DNA of 63,782 bases, the filler included, from Intoshia linei (lineage: Eukaryota > Animalia > Orthonectida), in the NCBI GenBank assembly GCA_001642005.1. It is 4 parts of 4 records of this genome, joined end to end, with 100 filler letters (N's around TTAATTAATTAA, not from the genome) between each part and the next. Parts side by side here need not be neighbours in the genome. Positions count along the whole stretch, not along the records: positions 26,692 to 58,364 come from LWCA01000339.1; 3 more parts are not named here. One strand, given 5' to 3'. Below, in pieces: positions 29,282 through 41,037 of the stretch (position 1 is the stretch's first letter; each line of letters starts with the position of its first letter). The notes below the pieces were generated by a model, which had not been told where the DNA came from, did no database searches, and saw only the letters and a program-made list of their open reading frames with translations. A program made the position numbers and the translations under genes.

Positions 29282-29449
29282 TACTTGAATTAATTTTACC
29301 GGTATTTAATGGTGAATATAAAAAAGCACTAAAGTAAAAGGTCACAAAAATAAACTAGTAGTTTATTGAAACCAATAATATAAAAGAACAATTCAGTAAA
29401 TGTGACCAAAGCTATTTCCATTGACATTATTTTAAATTTAACTTTAAAG

Positions 29450-30878
29450 ATGAGTACAATTTTAATATATAGTTTTTACATTATTTATAGAAATAGCAGT
29501 CAATCAGGGAGGTAACTCGAATGTTTCTTGTTTTATATCCGATCATGAATCAAAAGTCAAAATTACCTAGTATGATATAAAAATGCTACTTTTTAGTCAA
29601 TTTTCAATTTAGCTGTGGTTTGAAAGGAGCAGACCAAATTGATTTACATGCGGAACGTGGCAGAATCAAATGTTTTGTTGATATTTGTAAACCAGATTCT
29701 ACATCTGTTTTTGATGAAAATTATTCAAATATAGTGGAAACTGCTGTTACGTCTTCCATTATTTTGGTAATTTCACAAATTATGCTCAAAATACCATTTG
29801 CAGCATATACTAAAAATTAAAAATGCAAACCAGTTGATTATTTATTTTTTAATTCATAAACTCTAGGAAAAATTACCGAAAATGCAAATTATGATTGAAA
29901 TTAAAATTATGCAAAATGGTCAACATTGTATGGAATCTAACAAATATATATATAATCTTTATTAGCTCTCGGATATGCTATTACTGGTACCTCGATTGTT
30001 TTATCAATTTCTGGTATAGATATGTATGATATGGTTTTAGCTTATTCAGAAGTAATTAATTTAATTTGTTCAATTTCATTTATTCATCCTATCAACGTGT
30101 CAACTTAGTAGTTGTCTGCAAAAAATGTATAGATATATATCTTTATTTTGGGCACCTTTCCAATTGAATACATCTGCATTTTGTAAAATAGCCTTAGTGA
30201 ATTCAGAATTATAATCTATAGGTAGTGTCGTTTAAATTACCAAGTCTAGTTATTTGTGAAACAAAATTTCTCCAATTTTTTTGTACATCCGAATTGATTA
30301 TTTGTTAAATTTAGAAAATTTTTATTTTTTGATTATGAGAAATTTTAAGAAAGTTAACTAGATAACTCAGTAACCACATGGACTTTCTCTTATATTATCA
30401 GACTTAGGTGTAGCATTGAAATTCATACTTTATTGAATTTTATTTTAATGGTTGATTACGTTGTTAACTATTTTTATTAGCAAAATTTTTTTAAAATAAA
30501 GATTTTGAAAAAACTGATACTTAACTATTTTTCTTAACATGTAAAAGCTCATTTTAGAATAATGACAATAATATGGAGCCAAATTTAGTTTCCATCATGC
30601 CCATGATGAACCATACTTCCATCACGAATATAGTGGGAAGATATAGCGAATTGTTATATATACAGGTTTTTGTTAAAGTTTAGGTTTTTACTTTTTTAGA
30701 AATACCAAGACATGCTCAATAAAGCGAAATCCTTGTATCCTCATGTTTATAAATCGATTGTAGATTGTATGTAACATATTTTGTATTAAATTTTACAATT
30801 TTTAGTAAAAACTTATATTCTACCCAATTATATTATAAGCGTGTAATGTCACATGACTCATGTGTCAGTGTTTCTTAA
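29450..30878 (+). CDS. Exosome RNase-PH-fold subunit, MTR3/EXOSC6-like (RRP41/RRP46 not excluded)
   Basis: Spliced: MKIAVNQGG...RGRIKCFV...IVETAVTSSIILEKLPKMQIMIEIKIMQNGQHSLGYAITGTSIVLSISGIDMYDMV, matching the RNase PH pattern L..YPK..I.I.V.VL..DG..L..AI...S.AL..AGI.M.D.V. Confidence 0.75.
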
Positions 30879-32168
30879 ATTTGTGTGCAATTTTCCAAGG
30901 TCCATGGTGTTTTAAAATTATAATAAAAATAAAAATGTAAGGTTGGTTTATTTTTGTTATCAAATTTATTCTTTAAGTTCAATTTCTGCTTGTCCAGTTA
31001 TTGAAATGTTAATTTAACATTCATAGAATTTTTAAAATCCCAAACTCTAAAACAGTTTTTTTCATTTTACATGGCCAAAAAAGTTTATTCAGAAATTTGC
31101 ATTCTCCCTGTCGTAAACATATCAATAGTTTATCAACCGAAATTGTTGAATTTACAAAATGATATAAAACTAAGAATCGTACTTACAATTTTTTACTGAG
31201 AATTAAAAAAGCTTTTTCTGTTTTAAATAATTCAATTTATTGTAAATGCGAAATTTTAATTACGTAAGACAGATTGTCAGTGCTTAAAAATATTGAATAA
31301 ATAAGAAAAAACTCTGTGCATCAGAAATGTTGGCTTGTATTCGGCATTTCATCTAAACATGAAAATGTCACAAAAACAAGCAAAAATCAAATTTTGCTTA
31401 TTTATCAATTTATTTTATTATTTCTGCATTTTAATTTTAATACGGATGATTATATTTATCCTAATTTTACTTCATTATAAATTATGAGGACAACCCAATA
31501 TTATGTAACAGTAACTTAAATTTTTTAATTATTAATTTTCATGTTGTCATAATGTCCGTTCGCGATACTTTGCGTTTATTGGAACTCTAAAGTTTAAAGT
31601 TTAACCAGGGATACTACCAGAGTCGAACGTATAGTAATCGAGCACTCCTCGGGTCCCAATTGAAATGTACCAAAATTGGGTATGATTGTGTCAAATTGGG
31701 CATTTACAAATTTTACGGTTTTCAAAACAATGTCAAGTCCAGAGTCTGGACTCCATACCTGTGAAAAGGTGGTTAGGGCCATATCACATTACATATGGTA
31801 TACCAGCATTTTATTGGGCGTATTTTTATTTTTATGGTTGCCCGAACATTCTAGGTTCGGCTGTATATGCAACATCCTTTAATAACAAGTCGACTCAACT
31901 GCAAAGCTACTTTAGTCGTATGGTACCACTACTATTGGTACGACAGGTCCATAATTGTTTTATTTCTTTTTGAAGAATTATATAAAAACTAGCGTTAAAT
32001 TAATCACAAATGAAAAAAAAGCGAAATTTAAACTTTAAATTTAATTAATCCAGGATCAAAATTAAAATTAGTAGTAATTAATTTGAAATGTTTTTAAACT
32101 AGTTTACAGTTTTCATATCTGTGCATATGCCACAATTTTTTCTGTTAAATCTTTACTTATATAATATA

Positions 32169-32772
32169 CTAGCTTGACTGTTATGTACTACGTACAAACA
32201 GCACTTAGTTCTGCCGAGGGCACATTTTTATTATACCAAAAAAATAAATTCATGTTGAAAATCTAACTTAAAAATCCACTATTCACTATTATCCATAAAC
32301 AAGTGGTTCCCAAACTTGTTTCAGGTGGAACCATCATATGACATTACTAACGTGGTTTTCAAATTTGTATCAGGTGGAACCATCATATCACATTACTTTT
32401 TACTTTTAAGTGAATTATTCCATATTAATTTTTTTTGTTAACATTTGCGTAAAGAATTTTAAAAACAATTGTTATCCCATTTTTTTAATTTATTAGAAAG
32501 AATGTGTGTATAATATTAAAAATAAAGTAAAAACAGTACAATCCTAAAAATTGTCATAAATAGCATAAATTCCAGAAAAAATAAAATTATAAAAATCCTA
32601 AAAATTGTCATAAATAGCATAAATTCCAGAAAAAATAAAATTATAAACTATTTTGTTATTTTGAGTGTGATGATATATATTCAGAACCAATTTAATAAAT
32701 AATTAAATATATCAATAATTAACCGAATCTTCACGTTATAAACATTTCAGTCGAATTTTACTATTATTGCAT
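32169..32772 (-). mobile_element. Helitron-like copy, near-identical to 15016-15452, with an internal ~55-bp tandem duplication and a small insertion
   Basis: ctagcttgactgttatgtactacgtacaaacagcac start; aatcctaaaaattgtcataaatagcataaattccagaaaaaataaaattataaa occurs twice (32540-32647). Confidence 0.7.
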
Positions 32773-33396
32773 TTTTGAGGATATTTTGAACATATTTGTT
32801 AATTGAAATATTATTTCTTCAGTGGTCCATAAATAATGTTGATATAAATGTATGGTTCATAGTTATAACAAAATTACCCATCTGTTACATTAATTATATA
32901 CCCAAGTTGAATTGCGTTTATTAATTCGTATGCTTTATGTATAATAAATATGCTCTATTTATGAATGTATTAATAGATAAGTATTGGTGAATGTCTTGCT
33001 TGTAGGTTTATAAAAATATTTCCATATTATGATAATTAAAAATATCATAATATAAACCTTATTTGATAATTAAAAAAAAATAATTTTGTTGGTATAATTT
33101 TCCCGATCAAGCATCAAATAAAAATTGTTCATATACTAAATTAAAATAGATTTTTAACCCTTTCATAGCCGAATTAATTATATACGACTTACCAAATATA
33201 TTAAGCTTATAAATTGCTAAAAGTATAAATAAAAATATTATAAAAACTAAAGATATTGTGTAAAAAAAATAATTTGAAAATATTTATAGCATTAGTAGTT
33301 ATGAGCCTTTTTAAGTGATGTATCACATATCATACATCGGCTTTGAAAAGGTTAAGTTAGAGCTGATTAAATATAACAATTCTCCTCTAATTGAAA

Positions 33397-33743
33397 ATGA
33401 GAACCCGTAAAATGGTGCCTTCAAAACGAGAAAACCAAGTACAGTAAACCCTCTATAATTTTATTTTATTTACGTTTTTTAAATAACATCTTTTTTAATG
33501 GATACATGTAACACGTAGAAATATTTGAAAATTATTCAAACCAAAGAAAAACCTAATTCAGGGTTACTCAAAAGTTTCAAAGCTGTTTTAAAAAGATTGG
33601 CAATGAGAATAAAAAATGGAAAAGATAATTGCAGTGCTTACAGATCAGAAGAACTCATGTCAAAGAAAAGAAAATGTATTCCACAACTGCTCTTCGTGGA
33701 TTACTCAGATGATTACATCGATCATATTTTTTTGAATTTATAA
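33397..33743 (+). CDS. Putative two-exon small basic orphan protein (~88 aa)
   Basis: Exon 33397-33438 (MRTRKMVPSKRENQ) | GT...TAG | 33519-33743 (KYLKIIQ...IDHIFLNL*), joined in phase 0. No recognised domain. Confidence 0.45.
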
Positions 33744-34314
33744 GTGAATATTAAAATTTTAGTTTTTAATTATATAAAATATTAAGTTGTAAAGGATACA
33801 AGTTAATAAAATAAGATAATATAGGTTTTTTAAACCATCAATTTAATATAAAATATAAAAATAAAATTGCATTTCACCAAATATTAATCATATTATATAA
33901 TATTCAAAAGAATTTATGATAATATATTGAATCAACATTGTTGATATACATTTCAAGATATAATAAAATATCAATACAAATTTTTAAGACAAAACAAAAT
34001 ATTAAAAACAAATTTTGTTCGAAATTGAACGCATGATAAATGATTAATTGTTATTTTGCAGATTTTATGATACTTTCTGAATTCAATGTACCTGTAAATT
34101 AGTAGTGAGAGATTACACTTTAAAAATGATTGAAGAATATATTGAACCAATCACAACTTAAAAAACACAATATAATCTACAGTTCAATAAATGACACTGG
34201 AACATTTGAATGAAATATTCCCTTTGTTTCTCCGTTTATGAACCCATTTTTTCTATTAATTTCGTCTATATAAGAAAAAAAATTTTTATAAAAATCATAT
34301 TTTGTATCAACAAA

Positions 34315-37300
34315 ATGAGAGTTTCAAATTACATTTTCATGTTTGCAGTTTTTGTAGTGCTATCTGTTGAAGCAAGAGATAATCGTTTGGGTAATTTTTT
34401 TCAATCATTGTGTAATATATTTAGTCCGTTTGTTAAGAGGACTTTATGAAAGAGACGATATCAAATCAGAAATAAAATACGCTGAAGGATTTGAAGGTAC
34501 ATTCTTAAATATTTATATAGATCAGTGATGGTATGGTGCACTTTATGTGCATAAAAGGTATTCGTGGTTTTAACTGAATATCCTTATTACCGATTTCTTA
34601 ATTTTTCAAATTTTAAACCAGTTTTAATGCGATCAATTTGAATTTTCAATTTGAATTTGATCACTGACTAAAAAATTATAAAAAATGTAATTTTATCAAT
34701 ATTTTTTTGAAAACAGAATTCAAAATAGTCATTCATATTGAGTCGGCCCTAAAGGTGATAATAAACAGAAATATATTTAATATTAAATTTTAAAGTATGA
34801 AATAGGAAGTTTCGATGGCGATTTCGAACCAATTGAGGACGAAAATTCTTTACATAATACAAGTTGATTAAATTAATTTCATCATAAAAATTATAAAATT
34901 AGTGCCTTTGGATAAAAAAGACGCGGGTGGTAATTATTAAAAAAAAAAATTAATTATAAATTCAGGCAATCAACCAAACATTATAATTATTCTAGCCGAC
35001 GATTTGGGTAAAATCATTAAACGAAAATGATTTGAAATCTTGATAATGATTTTTAGGGTACAATGATGTTGGATACCATAATCCAGATGTTATAACACCA
35101 ACAATAGATAAACTTGTTAAAAAAGGAATCAAATTGGACAATCACTATGCTCTTCCTCTTTGTACTCCGTAATTTCAGTTTTATAGTTTTAAATTTAAGC
35201 AATATAATTGTATACCTTTATTCAGTTATATTGGTGTACATAATATAATCCATGCGATGTTACTCATTGAAAATCACAGGTTAATTTCAATAAATAGATT
35301 TGTTGAGAAATAATTTTTATATATAGTAAAACATAGATAAATAAGCTAAAAAATTTTATATATATGGTTGATGAACCACCATGTATCGAAATGTAGCGTG
35401 CCTCGAAGACATAATGTAATGGGTAAATTTAAGAATCGTAAATTCTGTCAAAGTAGACCATCATATTTCAGACCTCCTGCACCATCAAAAAACCCTTATT
35501 TAAAAAAAGTGTTGTAAGGTCGTTTACAATGTACAATATTTAGAATTTCAAGTTTTTATGGACACCATGTGAAAATGTTTTTTTGGTCAAGTATTTTAAT
35601 TCTTCGTTCGATAACATTGAATTTTTAAATTTTTCGTTATACGAAGGGTGCAATTGCATCGTGTAATAGTATAATTTTTCATATTTAAACTAAATTACAT
35701 ATTTATAGATCACGATATGCTATAATGTCCGGTGTTTATCCTTTCAGAGTATGTAATGATAAATAAAATTTAATTATTTATAGGCTGGAATGTCGGTAAT
35801 TTCATGATTTTTAATGATAAAAACAATTATAATATAAATGTAGCACGGCGTTGAATCTGCTTACGTGGTATTTTTTATTTTAAAATAAAAAATAAACATT
35901 TATAATTATAAAATGTAAGGCCCATTGTGCTCCAATGTTTTACGACTTTTTGCCTGCATACTTGAAAAAAGTTGGATATGAAAATATTGCAGTAGGAAAG
36001 TAATTTTAAGATATATTCAACATAACACATTTATAGATGGCATTTGGGGTTCTGTGATGAAAAATGTACACCTAATGCTCGTGGATTCGACAAATCATAT
36101 GGTTACTACAATGGATTTACCAGATATTATCAACATACATGTAATCTAGTGATTATCAAGTAGAGTTCGATTTAAGTATTTCATCGGGCCCAGTCATATT
36201 TTTTGTAAATTACCGACATTTTTTTTAAATTGGCAGTATACAAAAATTCGTATATGAAAAAATTTTCTTTTTCAAATCCATTTTCTGTCATGCAAAAAAA
36301 CAAATCCATAAGGATTAAATTGATTTTTCTTTTTTATGGTATTTTTTCGCGTTTCTACTCGAGAAGCAATACCAAAAAAATTAAATTTAAATTGATTAAA
36401 AAATTTTGTAAGCATTCGGCTCATTCGTAGAAAAAGGTTTTTTAAACCTGAGGTATATCCTTATTATATGAAGTAAAATTTGCTAAAAATGTGTTTTTGT
36501 GATATCTGTGCATAACCCATTATACTCAGTCCCAGAATTTCAAAAACACAAATTCATTTTATTTGCTGCGGACAAAGTAAGATAAATTTTCCCTTCACTG
36601 TCAAAAATCCCAAATTACTCCTTTTTTTAAAAAAATGATAAAAACTCTAATTTAACGGTTTCACATCCAATGATTCATATATGAAGCATTCAAAAATTTA
36701 AAAAAAATGGAATGGTTTATATATGAATCATTTAGAAATTTTTACTAAAATTTACCAACCCTTTTGAGAAAATTTTAATTTTACCAATTCTAAAAAGAAA
36801 AATTCAGTTTTACCAACCCTAAAAAAATATTCAGTTTAACCAACCTTAAAAAGAAAAATTCAGTTTTATACCTCTTTTGAAAAAATTTTAGTTTTACCAA
36901 TCCTAAAAAGAAAAATCCAGTTTTACTAACCGTTTTGGGAAAATTCTAGTTTTAATACCCCTATAAAAATTAAGTTTTATTAACCCTTTAGGTAAAATTC
37001 AACTTTTAACAACTATTACATGTGATTCTAAAACACGCTATCTTTTTCATTTTGGGTATTGAATTAGATTGATTTATGCAAACATGACATCCCATTTAGT
37101 TTACAAAATTGTAATTTTTAAGTTTTTTTCATTAGATAAAATGTAATCACCAGTATTGAATTAAAAAAGTGTATATTTTATGTATTGTATGGGTTACTGT
37201 GAATTTATATAAATGTATAATTACGCAAGATTTATAAAACTGCATAACAATTTCATAAAAGATTAAAAATAGTCATTTGTCAAGTTTTAATAATAGGTAA

Positions 37301-39195
37301 AACTGGAATTTTCCCTAAATGGTTGGTTTATTTATGACCATAAACTAAAGCCTCTAGTATAAAATCTGATAATAAATCCTTTTTTATATCAATTTTAAGA
37401 GATTTATGAATAAAAAACAAGAAAAATAAAAATGAAATTTTTTTTAAAAAAAATTAAAATATAACGAAAAAATGTGTAACCGTTCAATAATGATAAAATA
37501 AAATTACTAACAATGTAGCAACAAATTATCTAAATTTTTAAAATTAAATTAAAAAAATTTACATTTCAGCATCTGGTGGTGGTTTTGATTTGCACAAAGA
37601 CAATGTGATTGAATATGAAACCATTGGAACGCACACGATGGTTTGTATTTTAATTGAATTAACCTTACTAATTTCTTTTAATTACAGAAACTGTTCTCGG
37701 ATTACATTACGAAAACTATCAAAGAACAAGATAAAGCAAAACCATTTTTTATTTATGCGTCATTCGTAATTTTTCAATTAATTTCCATTAGTAATAAATA
37801 CAAATGTATCATACAAAAAAGGATTCCAGTTTGTCATACAATTACAAATTACTATAATAAATTAATATAAAAATCTCTATGAAAATATTTTGATAGTAGC
37901 AATAGATGATAGCTAAAATATTACCTGTTTCAATAATATTAAAAATGGCGCATTTTTATTTATTGTGTTTATTTTTAGCAAATACAAATTTAAGATTTAA
38001 ATACATGTATTAATATTCACTTAACTGCTGTTTATGTGCATATTGATGAGACTAAAAATGTAGAAAATGTCTAATTCTTTAATTTTTTAATTAGCCTTCA
38101 CCTCATTCTCCTTATGAAGCAGAACCAAAATATATGGAATTATACAAGGACAAAGATATGCCTAATAGCAGAAAAATGTTTTTGTCCCTCGTTAGTTCTC
38201 TAGACAATTCAGTTAAACGAATTGTTGATGACTTGAAAGAAGCAGACTTATACGATAATACAATTATAATTTTCCAATCTGATAATGGCGGTGCAACATT
38301 TGGGTATATTTAAAATGAAACTATATTAACAAATGTTACTATAGACCTGCCAGTAATGCACCCTTACGAGGAACAAAACTATCTCTATTTGAAGGAGGTG
38401 TTAAAGTTCCTGCTTTCATTAGCAGCCCACTCATAAAAGATAGTAGAGTCGTTACAGGGTAATTATGAAAAATGAAAATGTTTACATATTAATATAATTT
38501 AGAATTACCCACACTGTTGACGTTCCAGTAACAATAATGGATTTAGCGGGAGTCGACGAGAGCGGTATTTTTACTTTTTAAAATAGTTTAAAATAACATG
38601 TTTAGAGTATCAAGAATTGGATGGTGTAAGTTTTGCTGACGTCATTACCAAAGGCACTGAACCAGAAAGAACTGAATTTGTACTAAATATAGATCTTGAG
38701 GAACCAAAATTGGCTGGACAAGAAGCTCTGAGGTTTGGTGCTAATAATATCATTAAAATTATTATAGATCCGGTAAATGGAAATTGATTCAAGGATTTGC
38801 TGGATTGTTTACCGGTTATGAAAATAATATTACTCTCATTCAACCCAAATTACCTGATCACATGGTTGGATATTTCAAAACGACGGGAGTCAATACTGAT
38901 GTAATGGAGGAAAATAAAATAATTTTGCCAGACATTTTGTTATTCAACATTGAAAGTAATTATATTTAAAAAAATTATTAAACCATTAAAAATAGAGGAC
39001 CCTGAAGAACACACCAATGTGGCCGCTGAAAATCCCGATGTAGTAAAAAATTTACAAGAAAAATTAGATGAATATCATACACAATACGTCAAAAGTTTCC
39101 AAGGAACCATCAAACCGGAAGGTATGCCAGATCAAAATGAAGGATCATGGAAAACTGGTTGGTGCAGTGTAAATGAAAATGGAATAGAAAACTAA
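34315..39195 (+). CDS. Secreted/lysosomal arylsulfatase (ARSB/I/J-like), many exons
   Basis: Signal peptide MRVSNYIFMFAVFVVLSVEA; QPNIIIILADDLGYNDVGYH; formylglycine motif LCTPSRYAIMSG; VGKWHLG; ARGFD; PHSP; FQSDNGG; SNAPLRGTKLSLFEGGVKVPAF; DPEEHTNVAAENPDVVKNL. Confidence 0.95.
36750..37012. repeat. Degenerate ~30-bp minisatellite (ttttaccaaccc...aaaa)
   Basis: About 9 periodic units; the same motif occurs inside hAT elements at 42070-42240, 46920-47460, 55930-56260 and 61450-61680. Confidence 0.7.
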
Positions 39196-39347
39196 TAACA
39201 TAATAATAGTTAATAAACGTAATACATAATTGTAGTTAATTTTGTAATGTGCTGTTTTCGTCAGCATTCAATTAGTAGGGTCCAAATTCTAACATGAGAA
39301 ATGAGAAATAAGATTTACTGCAATGTAAAGTACATCATTTTTTTATA

Positions 39348-39931
39348 TTAATAATAGATTCGTCTCTTTTATAAGCATTTTTATCGTTAAATTCCGTAGC
39401 ACTTTTCAGAAATAATTTAAAATTGTCTCTAAACTCGGCACCAATTTCAGATCTTATGCAATTAACAATATCAGGGTTTTCAATGGTTTGTAAGAGTTCC
39501 TCATACACTATAAATCATATAATCTAATTTAAAATGATGATTTTACCATTTCTGACATTATTATCCGGTTTCCATTGTGACGTAAGCGTATAATTAAGAC
39601 AAACCTGTCCACTTTCATCAATATTTGGATGATACATTGGAGTAATAAATACTAATTTAGGTGGAGAAAAAGGGTAGTTTACTGGAAAATTAATTTTAAT
39701 TTGAAACGACCACTGATCAAATGGAATTTTGTTCTAAAAAGTATAAATATATTTTCTCACAATTTCATACAGGTTTAACTAATACACACCATTCATTCGT
39801 ATTTTGAGGATTTACACTTATTGTATCGTCATCCAGGTCAAATTGTTTTTTGAATTTTAGCAATTCCTAAAGTTTTATTTCATTAATTATTTCAATAATG
39901 TGCCAATTACAGATTGGATTCGTCGTGACAT
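39348..39931 (-). CDS. UBE2L3: Ubiquitin-conjugating enzyme E2, UBE2L3/UbcH7-like (4 exons)
   Basis: MSRRIQSEL...INFPVNYPFSPPK...YHPNIDESGQVCL...QWKP...IENPD...IRSEIGAEF...FLKSATEF; catalytic Cys intact. Confidence 0.85.
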
Positions 39932-41037
39932 CCCGTTAGTAAAATGAAGTAAAAATTTTAATTTATTACTAATTTATGTACATAGCAACGTATATTACGT
40001 TTTTATTTTGTTTTTAATTTTATTTTGTACACATCATACTTTGAGAGTATTAGCTTTGAGAGTTTATTAGTCATATTTACTTGGATTTTAAGAATAAAAA
40101 ATGTTTTCATGTATTGTACAATGTATGCCATAACAGACAAATATTACAAATAAACGTTTTTTAAAGTGTGTTTTCGTAGACAAAACCAACATAAAACTTA
40201 AAATATTTTGTATTCACTGTCAATACGTATATGTGTTATGTTTACGTGTAATGAACTAGTCATAAGTAACAAATAATGCGTTTTTTCTTCAAATTTTATA
40301 CAAAAATGCTAACCAAATAAAAAAAAGTGGGAATTATTCATCATTAAAAAATAATGTTAAATTCAAGTTTAGGAATGACTTTAAAGTTTAAATGATTGTT
40401 AATAATGAGTACCATTTTTAATTAAGAATTTTATTATTGAATCTATTTTTTTGGTAGAATTAGATAAGTCCGCCCTCGTTAAAGCTAAGTACTGATTGTA
40501 CTTAGTTGTTGTACGAATTTTATTTATTATAGGTTATATATTATTGAACAACTATTAATTATGTACCTATTTATGTGATCAGTTTAAATAAAACTTTAGT
40601 AAAAGTCAATGAAATTTACTTATTTATTTAACTTAAATTTTAAGTCTTAAATGATTGTAGCGTATACATAACAATGCAATGAATATAAACATTTACCTTT
40701 ATCAATATTTACTCAAGACATTCTCTATATATAAAATTATCAAACACTTTTAAATATAATTTTGTGTTATTAAATATTCATCGAAACTCACTACAATGAT
40801 GTATGTGGTCTGCGCTGCAGAATCTGCGGACGTTTTTTCGAACATGAGATATCAGACGATGATCCATATTAATATAATTCAAACACTGCCATATAGAATG
40901 AATTAGTGTACCGTACTGAGGTCAGTACTACTGACCCGTAACTCCTTAGTAACGCATATATAATTTATTATTTTTATTTATTTATAATTTTCAAATTTGC
41001 CAATTGAAATAAAGATATTTTTATTTTATTGAAGTTT

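Noticed and set aside
36750-37012. CRISPR-like periodicity
   Set aside because: Degenerate tandem units with no unique spacers, eukaryotic context, no cas genes.
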